Assembly (NCBI GenBank): GCA_907165135.1
Contig: OU015567.1
Location: 10,292,001 to 10,356,000 of the forward strand
Reading direction: 5' to 3'
Source of the DNA: Oikopleura dioica
Lineage: Eukaryota > Animalia > Chordata
DNA: 64,000 nt
Position 1 is the stretch's first letter. Every line of letters starts with the position of its first letter. Position numbers and translations under genes: made by a program. Under the pieces are notes generated by a model, which saw nothing but the letters and a program-made list of their open reading frames with translations, did no database searches and was not told where the DNA came from. Of the stretch, positions 40,887 through 51,200 are shown piece by piece.

Positions 40887-42730
40887 TTAAAGATTCTGAA
40901 GAGGAGACATATCTTTTTGTGGCTGGGTTCGGATCGAGCCTCCTATCGCCAAGCTAAAAGGGATTATAATCAGGAATATAAAGAAAAAATACGTCTGAAT
41001 TGAGCGAGATCGTGGTCGATCAGGAGGTTTTCCAAAATAGCATTTGCAGAACTTTCTGAACTTCGCCCGAATTCGCCGGCTTATAACAGATACAATATCG
41101 TCCATAAATCGGATGATCGATAGAAAGCTAAACGATTAGAATTGAAGGGGCAATCGTTAAAACCTTATTCCAAGAACGAGTCCAGTAGAGCCACCCAGTT
41201 CAGAGAAGAATTGACTGAGGTTATACTCGTTTCGTTGGTGTCGTTTTGTGATAACAAGCTATCGAATAAATAGAGAAACTAACGGTTATCGACCGAAATG
41301 AACCTGAGGAAAGAAAATTTGAAAAGCAGCGATATCGATTCCGTGAGCTCCCTGTGAGACGCTGTACTTGGCCAGTGTTCGATAAATTGGCTCGTGGTAT
41401 TTTCCATATTCGACGTTACGAGTAAAAACACTAGAATTAGTTTCGATGCAGATAAACGTTTGTACCTCTCGACGCATTCTCGGGGACATGAAGAACACTC
41501 TGTGAAGTTGTAAAGCATAAATTGGGGTGAAATGCACATTGCATGTGTTCGAAATTTGCACGGAGGAAAGTCCTTGTAATTCGGAAGATAAGGCGGAACG
41601 CATTTGCATGTTTTTACGATGTTCTTGTAGCGGCATTCTTCGAGACAGTTTTCTCTGGTATAGTAAGGGAAGAAGTCGAGTTCCTGACGTCCACAGTTTT
41701 CGTTGAGCTATAAAATATGATTCGTTGGGATATGATTTTCAAGAAGACTTACGTATGTGTTTTGATGAGGATAGAGCGCGATTTGTGTGAGACGATTCGG
41801 GAGGGCAAAAGTAGATCTAGCTTCGACCATTACATCTTCTTTGGCACTGTCGCCATAAAATACCGTCATCCCATCAACAAACTGCAATGTGCCAGTTGTG
41901 GTGTCTGTTTTGTTATAAGCCGCGTAAAATATGAAACTTGATTGAGGACCGGGGATGGATACGTTCCATTCTATCAGTGGGTTTACAAAGCTTAGTAATT
42001 CGGGAGAAAATAAAATTAGAAGTAATATGAGATCGAGGTTTATTTGATTTGTAAAGCCCTCTCCTGATCCATTAAATTTATAAAAAGAACACCACCCGTA
42101 TCGAGTTAGAACTTGAGTAGGCTGAGGACATTTCTGCATGTTTATCTGACAGCGTAATATGACAACTTCAGGCCTCGTTGAAAGGAAGAACTCTCCAAGA
42201 TCCAAATTATCAAACATTGTTAAATTAAATTCCTCAGGACTGTCGAAATAATTTCCGTAGAATGTCGATATGTACTGTTCTTCAATAAACATATTTATAA
42301 GAGCCGTTAGTAGGATAGGGGTTAGGTTTATAAACAACGCATTCTACCTAGCTGAGGATAGTCCTGAAAATACTTCTTTAGTTTCCACCGTGAGTGCTGA
42401 GAATTCAAGCAGGCCCAGATCTGAACCATCTGGAGCGAGGTTTGAAGCTCCGTTTCTGTGAGCATACTCGTTGGCTTTTCATAGTAACGCTAGTACACAA
42501 TAATTAAATGCTAAAGGTTGATTTCACACCTCAAAATGATCCCAAATCGTAAACATAGAATACAATGTGGCTGTACAAATCAAAGCACCCCAGAAAAGTC
42601 GCCTACCGACGGAGCTTTCAGCGCTAGTAAGAAACTGAAAGAGGTTAGTGACCATCTATACTTGGATAGAGCAAGTGCTAACCTCGCAATTTTGAGGCAT
42701 CAGCCTTCTTGAATCGGTATTTCTGCTATT
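40887..42730 (-). CDS. DEG/ENaC (ASIC-like) channel subunit A; exact start uncertain
   Basis: RRLFWG TM1; PTSMLTE; TRYGWC; Cys-rich thumb YTRENCLEEC..CKCVP; pre-TM2/TM2 FFSELGGSTGLVLGISFLSIIRFMD (across a 36-nt intron). Confidence 0.9.
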
Positions 42731-42811
42731 CATTTGTTCAATATTGTCTCTGCTTATACTTTTTCAACAAAACAAGGATGATCTTGATCTCTTTTATGTG
42801 CCACTTTTGAC

Positions 42812-45208
42812 ATGAAAAACCAAGAGTGTGAAATAATTCACTGGAAATGGGATAATCCTAGTGGATTTTACCTGAATTCATTTAACGGCGCACGATACTT
42901 TTTGGTAACCGCAGACGTCAAAAGAGAAATCATGCGGCTTCCAACGAGCATCAGTTTTTTCTTGGATCCGAGGAGATCCGTCGCAAGGAACTGAGCTTCA
43001 ATCTCATTATTGGGGAATGAAGACTAAGTTTGTGAGGACTAGGTTCGTGGGACTAGGTTCGTGGTGGGTTCTGCCAGAGTATTGAAATCGGGCTATATTT
43101 TAGGGCAGTAAGGGAAATGGGTTGATGACAAGGTTCGTGTGACTAGGTTGGTGACTTTTTAAATGGTAAAGATTTTTGGTCAGTAGAGGAAATGGGTTGA
43201 TGACTAGGTTCGTGGGACTAGGTTCGTGGGTTTTTGAACAAGCAAAATGTAGGATTTTATATCCCAAATGAGTCCCACGAACCTAGTCACCAATCCATTT
43301 CCTTTACTGACCGAAAATCTATTCCATTTAAAAAGTCACGAACCTAGTCCCACGAACCTAGTCATCAACCCATTTCCTTCTCAACGAAAATGGTGAAGAT
43401 ACAAAAAATACAAATAAAAATCCAAATTCCACGAACGTAGTCTCACGAACCTAGTCCCACGAACCTAGTCATCAACTCATTTTCTTTACTGACCGAAAAT
43501 CTATTCCATTTAAAAAGTCACGAACCTAGTCCCACGAACCTTGTTATCAACCCATTTCCTTTACTGACCGAAAATGGTGAAGATACAAAAAATACATATA
43601 AAAATCAAAATTCCACGAACCTAGTCACACGAACCTAGTCCTCACGAACCTGGTCATCGGTGTCCATTATTGGGCTAGGTTTGGGTTCATTATCTAATTG
43701 AGAGCTTGACCAAGGCGGCTAATTTGGGGTGGAATCGTGATTCTAGCCACGTGTTATTCGATGTATACAATAATCGAGCATTTTAATCGATATCGACGAC
43801 GGCCAACAACAATGATGTCGACGACCGAACTGCAGAGCTCTTTGAAAATGATTCAAATTTGGACATGCCTAAACTCCCAGCATTCGCTTTGGAAAGTTCG
43901 CTCAAAGTTTACTGAGTATCCTGATTTGCCTCTATATATTTCATCATTTTACGGAAATTTCTTTGACTCGCCAAAGAATTACAATTTATCTCAGTTCAAA
44001 GATATCGACTTGAAAGATTTTTTTATTCAAGTAAGTTGTAATTTACAATTTATATTGATCAATTTTAACAAAGACACGACCAGAAGTTGTTGTGCTAAGA
44101 TGTCAATTCAACATGAAGCCATGCCCAGTACCGAAAATCATTCTAACGTATGAGTCGGTCATAATTCTAGAGATAAAAACTTTTAGTCGATATGGCTGGT
44201 GCGAGCATTATGAGTTCTTGGATGATCAAGTAACCATTGCTGGTCCTCAGTCGAGTTTCGTTTATTACGCTGCTTACAATAGGTCGGATGTAACGACTGG
44301 AATGCTTCAGTTTGTCGACGGGATGACTCTTTTCTACTCGAACGGTGTGAACGATGATCTTATGCATCAAACACGGTCTACATTCGCTTTATCGAACAGA
44401 CTCACGACGGTTGCTCTAGCACCAAGCATGAACCTTTATCTTCCGGAGAAATGTTCTAAAAAAGAATTGGATTTCTATCGAACATATACTCGTCAACAGT
44501 GTCAAGAAGAGTGCCGAGAGAAGAGCATTATGCAACTCTGCAAATGTTACCCGCCCTATCTTCCAGAGATGGATGGACTCAAGCCCTGCTCATTTGAAGA
44601 TCACGCGTCATGTATTGCTCCTAATTTTTCCTTCTTCAATTTCACTCGATGCCACACGTAAAATGACAAGATAAGGCCTAATTTTATTATTATTTTTTAG
44701 GTGTCCCAGAGAGTGCGAAGAAAACGATTATGATAGAAATGTAGAATACGGAAAATATCATGAGCCGATTCACAGGTAAATACTCACGGGATACATCTCT
44801 ACAACTTACTAGAACTCTGGAAAAGTATCATCTGGCAACAGGAAGCCCTTCCATCGACATTGCCGCCTTTCAAGTATTTTATCCGCAGCTCGCTATTACT
44901 AAGAGAATTCAAAGAAACGAGTATAATTTAAGTCAGTTTTTCTCTGAACTTGGCGGTTCGACCGGACTCGTTCTAGGCATAAGCTTATTGTCCATTGTCC
45001 AATTTCTTGACAGTTTGATAACATATGCAAAATACATCGTTCCGTATCTTTACAGGTAAAGAATTCTCGTTTTTATTTTTCAGACTCTTTTAGAAAATAC
45101 AAAAAGCGTCGGATTATTTCTGAAGAAGAAAAATGCTGCCAAACATACAGCATCGAAACAGTGCATACTTTGATTGCTTATGAGAACAAAACAATTTCAA
45201 CGATTTGA
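42812..45208 (+). CDS. DEG/ENaC (ASIC-like) channel subunit B; first exon tentative
   Basis: RRLIWG TM1; RYGWC; YTRQQCQEEC..CKCYPPYLP; FFSELGGSTGLVLGISLLSIVQFLD; last exon ends ..KTISTI*. Confidence 0.9.
43015..43664. mobile_element. Foldback/MULE-like non-autonomous element with modular inverted arms
   Basis: Left half carries tandem GACTAGGTTCGTG units, right half the reverse complement CACGAACCTAGTC; 10-bp direct repeat CATTATTGGG at 43005-14 and 43665-74; extreme termini match imperfectly. Confidence 0.75.
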
Positions 45209-45264
45209 TCATTATAGAGGAAGACTTTATTCACATGTTTCTTAATATACAGCTTTTTTCGTTC

Positions 45265-48200
45265 TTAATTTCGCTGAACATGATCCTTGATATTGCGTAT
45301 CTGAAAAAGGTTTTGTTCTGAATTTTAATAAAATCTTACTGAGAGGTCCTTCTCATCATTAAAGTAATCGTAGTCTATTATTGGAGAGTAGTCAACTTCA
45401 CTTGTTTTTACCACCGCGTCAAACTGTTCTAACGACTCCACAAGCCTCACGACTTTCTTGATAATCAGTTCTTCGTCAAAGTTATTCAAGTCAACTTGAA
45501 GAGATAGCTCTAATCCAAAAGTTTTTGCGTTTCCAGAGTCAAGTTCATTGATAACTTTTACGTTTGTCACTTCCGACATCGCTAAGAGAGCTTCTGATGA
45601 ACCAAAAAGAAGATCATCTTTTGTTGTTTCTATAGAAGTGCCAACATGAACATTGATTCGAATAAGATAATCGGTTGGAAGGTCTTTCCCAAGCTCTTCA
45701 AATTCGATGTCAGTGTATAATCGACGAAGATTGTACTTTATCTCCCGCAAAAGATCTTCCGCAATCTCCCACATAAGAAGATGCATTACTCCTTCAGGTG
45801 ATGTTAACTGGAGATCACATGAAGAGCAAATCGACTGAGTTATTCGCATTATCTCCATGACTTCAGATTCGAAGCGGTCGTCACTCCAATTGTCATCTTT
45901 TTCAAGTTTAATTTCGATCGGGCCCACTTTATCTTGACTTGTAGTCGAAGTTTCCTGTGTGGACGTTGTTGTCCCTGATGTTGATGTTTCAGTGTCGTAC
46001 TTGAATGTAACATAATCATAGGCTTCCGAAGGCTCAGATTCGAAGTGACTGCTTTCGGAATCGAAATAATACTTTTTATCGAGCGAGGGGTATGTGATAC
46101 TCGTTCTTGTTAATAGTGTAGTCGATGTTGTCTCATATTCAGTGGTTGTGCTCGCCGAAGAAGTAGTAGTTGTCGTGGTGGTGGTTGTACTTGTAGTCGT
46201 TGTCTTAGTTGTAGAGCTAAATGTGGTCGTAGTTGTGGTCGTAGTTGTTGTAGTAGTAGTGGTTGTCGTTGATGTTGTGGTAGTAGTCGTGGTAGTAGTC
46301 GTTGTTGTAGTCGTGGTAGTAGTCGTACTTGTCGTTGATGTTGTGGTAGTAGTCGTTGTTGTAGACGTGGTTGTAGTCGTGGTTGTAGTCGTGGTAGTAG
46401 TCGTGGTAGTAGTCGTGGTAGTAGTCGTTGTTGTAGTCTTTGTTGTAGTCGTGGTTGTAGTCGTGCTTGTAGTCGTGCTTGTCGTTGATGTTGTGGTCGT
46501 AGTCGTTGTTGTAGTCGTTGTTGTAGTCGTGGAAGTAGTCGTGGTGGTAGTTGTGCTTGTCGTTGATGTTGTGGTCGTAGTCGTTGTTGTAGTCGTTGTT
46601 GTAGACGTGGTTGTAGTCGTGGTTGTAGTCGTGGTAGTAGTCGTACTTGTCGTTGATGTTGTGGTAGTAGTCGTTGTTGTAGACGTGGTAGTAGTCGTGG
46701 TGGTAGTTGTGCTTGTCGTTGATGTTGTGGTCGTAGTCGTTGTTGTAGTCGTGGTAGTAGTCGTGGTAGTAGTCGTTGTTGTAGACGTGGTTGTAGTCGT
46801 GGTTGTAGTCGTGGTAGTAGTCGTGGTAGTAGTCGTTGTTGTAGTCGTTGTTGTAGTCGTGGTAGTAGTCGTACTTGTCGTTGATGTTGTGGTAGTAGTC
46901 GTTGTTGTAGACGTGGTTGTAGTCGTGGTTGTAGTCGTGGTAGTAGTCGTGGTAGTAGTCGTGGTAGTAGTCGTTGTTGTAGTCGTGGTAGTAGTCGTAC
47001 TTGTCGTTGATGTTGTGGTAGTAGTGGTTGTTGTAGACGTGGTTATAGTCGTGGTTGTAGTCGTGGTAGCAGTCGTGGTAGTAGTCGTTGTTGTAGTCGT
47101 GGTAGTAGTCGTACTTGTCGTTGATGTTGTGGTAGTGGTCGTTGTTGTAGTCTTTGTTGTAGTCGTGGTTGTAGTCGTGCTTGTAGTCGTGCTTGTCGTT
47201 GATGTTGTGGTCGTAGTCGTTGTTGTAGTCGTGGTAGTAGTCGTGGTGGTAGTTGTGCTTGTCGTCGATGTTGTGGTCGTAGTCGTTGCTGTAGTCGTTG
47301 TTGTTGTCGTGGAAGTAGTCGTGGTAGTAGTCGTGGTAGTAGTCTTTGTTGTAGTCGTGGTAGTAGGCGTGTTTGTCGTTGATGTTGTGGTAGTAGTCAT
47401 AGTAGAAGTCGTGGTAGAAGTCGCGGTGGTAGTTGTGGTTGTAGTCGTGCTTTTCGTTGATGTTGTGGTCGTAGTCGTTGATTTAGTCGTGGTAGTAGTT
47501 GTAGAAGTGGTCGGTGTTGTGTTTTTGATAGAAGTAGTAGTAGTTGTAGAAGTTGTCGTTCGGGTTGTTGATGTCATGTTCGTCGTCTTTGATGTCGTCT
47601 TAAATTACTAATAAGAGACGACCTTTGAATTTAATCATGGATAAGTCCAATTCAATAAAAAAATTCTCATCTTTTTGGGAAAATAATACCAGCAAGGTGT
47701 AAAAAATGATACCATAGTGCAACTATCGTAAATCATGAAGATGGAGCTCGAAGGAGCGAGAATAAAAGGTCTGATCTAATTCTATAACCGATGCCTATAA
47801 GTGGCTCTCTCGGTGAAGGTCTTTCCACACAGAATATTCTGTATGCATATACTGTATGCATATGTATACATATTGCAGTTAAGAAGAAAATCATCCTGAA
47901 GCTCAAGAAATCTAAAGTCGTTTTCATCGACTTATGGGTAAAAAATAAACGTATTTACCGTTGCTGATGTAATTGTCGTCCTTGTTTTCGTCGGTTTTGC
48001 CGTTGTTGTGATTGTTGCAGTCGTTGTAGTCATTGTTGTTGAAGTTGGGGCCGTGGTCGTTGTCGTTGTGACTGGCGTTGTATTTTTAGAAGCAATAAGA
48101 GTTTTTGTTGTAGTTTCCGCAGTCGTTGACGATGAAGCTAAACTTTGAGTTGCCATCGTAGAGCTAGTGGTGATGGACGTAGTCACGGTCGATTTTGTTG

Positions 48201-51200
48201 ATTTGCTTGAAATTGTAGCCGTAGTTGTGTGCTTACTCGTAGTCGCTTTCGTTGTTGATGTACTCGCAGTCATTCTCAAAGTAGAAGTCGTTGTGGTAGG
48301 TGTAGTAGTAGTAGAAGTCGTAGATGCTGTTTTTGTTATCGTGGTACTGGTTGTTGTTGATGGATTTGAAGTAAAAGTAGAAGGTGAAGCCGACGTAATA
48401 GGAGACGACGATTCGGTTGATGTAGCTGTAGTTGTATTAGTAATTGGTGTAAATATTTTGTTGTCAGAGCTTGAAATTACATCATTTTCTTGTTCTTTGG
48501 TTATTGTGAGTGTTGCTTTGAAGGTCTGAAAGGAATCGTTATTATTTGATTCAAAATGAGTTAATTCAATATAAATTTCTTACCGGGTCGGCAGCTGATG
48601 AGATTGTTGGTTCCGTTACTTTAAAATTTGTCGTTTGTGAGGTAGATTCGATAGAAGTAACAACATCTTTAGTCGTGTCTACAAACTCCACGGCACCTTT
48701 ATCGGGGCTGAAAAATGTCATTTCGTTGTCAGCAGATTCAAGCAAGCTATTTTGGATTAATGGAGCGAAAGTATATGATTGTATGCTTTGCACCGAGGTT
48801 TTCTTACTCTGTTGCCCTTCTTCTGGCACAGGCAATGCAAATAAAGGCGCAACAGCTGAAACTGTATTCTTATTCGAATCTTCCTTCTTATTTTCCAAGA
48901 ACAGAGGAGCGATAACAGGGACATCATTATTTTTGTTTACTTGAACGATCGAAAGAGGCTTGAACCAATGGCCTTTTTTCGGAGTTGTTGATATGATTGG
49001 AGCAGGGGTCGTTGATGGATGCACAAATATATCGCTGATATTAAAAGTTCCACCGAGATCGCATTCACCAGTGTATTTATCCAAAACCTCAATTTTGAGT
49101 GATCTCGACCAATTTATAAGTGTTTTCATTATAGCTGAGAGTGCCCAATCATAGTCTATTTCTTGCGTCGCCTCAATGTCAACTCCAAGGAACGTGAACA
49201 ACTTGAATCCTTGCTTCCCAGATTCATGTTCAAAGTTTATATTCTCATTGAAATCCACATCTTCATTGAGACTTAGTTGAATCTGGTTTTTAACTTTATC
49301 GATGTTTCGTGGGAAGTTCTTGCTGTGATTCGATATCTTCAAGCCAAAAAGAGCGAGATAGCAGCCGGGTTTAGTTGTAGTCGTTACTGGAGGCTTGGTT
49401 GAGGCATTGGTGGAAATTGATGAAGTTGATATAATTTTAGAATTTGAAGAAGCCTCTGAAACCGTTGTTGTTGATTCTGTCGGATCTATCGTATTTGATA
49501 TTGTGAATTCCTTATCAGGTGATGAAGTTGCTGTGGTCAAAGAAGTCGAGGAGGACTCAGTTATTGAATCCAGTTTCGAATAAATTGTTGAGCTTTCAGG
49601 GGTTTGTGACTCTTCCATTGTTGTCAAGACGACAGTTGTTCCCATTTCGAGTTGTGGAATTTTAGTCTCTTTTACATATGGCTCAGTTACTTCGGTGGTC
49701 GGTTCCTGAGTTGTTGTTTCTCCTTGAAGCCGCCATACCGGCTCTTGTTTAAAAGTTTGCGGCTGCGTAAAGGTTGTAGTCTCCATAGAGAAAATGGTTG
49801 TTGTTGGCTCCGCTGTTGTCGATTTGTCTGATGGTTGAATAATTTCTTCTGATGGAGTTTCTAATTTTATTGAAGAATTATCTTGATTTGCTAGAGCTTC
49901 GGTTGATGTCGTTCCAGTCGATGTTGTTCCCGTTGAGGTCGTTTCTATCGTCCTTGTAGAAGTTATTAAACTTGTCATTGCTTGTGTTGAATCTTCTGAA
50001 ATCGCGGATGCTGATGATACTGTGGTTGATGCTGATGTTGCGATCGACGATGTTGAAGCCGTTGACGGTGTGCTTGTGGTTTCTGACGATTGCGTTTGGG
50101 TAAACCACTCAATATCAGTTGTGTCTTTAGGTGTTCTCAATGTTGATACAGTTGTTGCCAAGGTAGTTGCTGATATGGTTGTCGTAGATATAGTGGTCGT
50201 AGATTTTGTTGTTGTTTCACGAATAGTCGTTGCTTCGACTTTTGTGGAAGATGCTATTGTTGCTGGGATGCTTTGAATTAAAGTGTCTGTATTTCCCTCT
50301 GAAGAAGTCGCGATCAAAGTTGTTGTGGTATCCGTCGTTGTATGAATATGCTCCGTAGTTGACGATAAAGTCGAACTTGTCGTTTCTCTTGTGTTATGAG
50401 AGAATACATTTTCGATGATATTGATTGCGGAAGAGGTTGCTACGGTTGATTCGGGATGATTTATCTCTTCTTTTTCAAGGTCTTTTGAGCCTGTTGGCAA
50501 AAATGAGGAGATGTTCTCGATTTGTTTAGTCTCTTCAGTGAATACGACAGTCTGAGTAGGAGAAAGAATATTTTCGGTGACTCGTTGAGACTCCAAGCAA
50601 TCATCAGTTTCCTCCGCAAAAATGCAAATATCCTCATCACAGCTCATGACATCACAATTCTGTTCGAAAGCTTCATACGAGATTTTGAAACCTGCGCCCC
50701 TCAAGGTTCCAGCTTTTCCAATAACAAACCGTATTTTCACGATGGAAGTGTTTAATAATTTTAGTCTGAGGCCAACAAGACTATTTTCACTTGAAAATTT
50801 CGATGCTGAAAATGATGAGGAACATCCAGTGATGGTTGCGAGTGGAATTTCAATGCTGTCGATCATAGCAAATATTTCAAGCTTGTCAACACAGTTTGAT
50901 ATCGCATTTTCCAAGCTAAAAGAACAATTTAAAATATCCTCACAAGGACTGGCCAAACCTGAAATCATCAAAAGTAAGTCGAAAAGCTTTAGTAGATGGA
51001 GGACTTAGGAGCCATTCCGTAGCTTCGTTCCCATTTTTACCGTAACCGAATGGATACCCACTGTTTCTTATTATTTCCTTTTCTGTTTTCATCATGACGG
51101 TTGAATCAGATTGGTCCTTGAGAACGTCTAAGATAGCTGTGTTGACTTCCTTTGTCGTACAAGCGTTGAGTTCTTCATCATACTGTAATCCTTGCTCACA

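Noticed and set aside
43015-43664. Regularly repeated 13-bp motifs resembling a CRISPR array (also 39147-39817)
   Set aside because: Eukaryotic context, repeats invert halfway, the spacers are themselves repeated, there are no cas genes, and TIR/TSD structure explains them.
46094-47611. 505-aa poly-Val ORF on the plus strand (also 48167-48529 and 49395-50276)
   Set aside because: Antisense shadow of the Thr-codon (ACN) repeats. The minus frame splices in phase with neighbouring exons.
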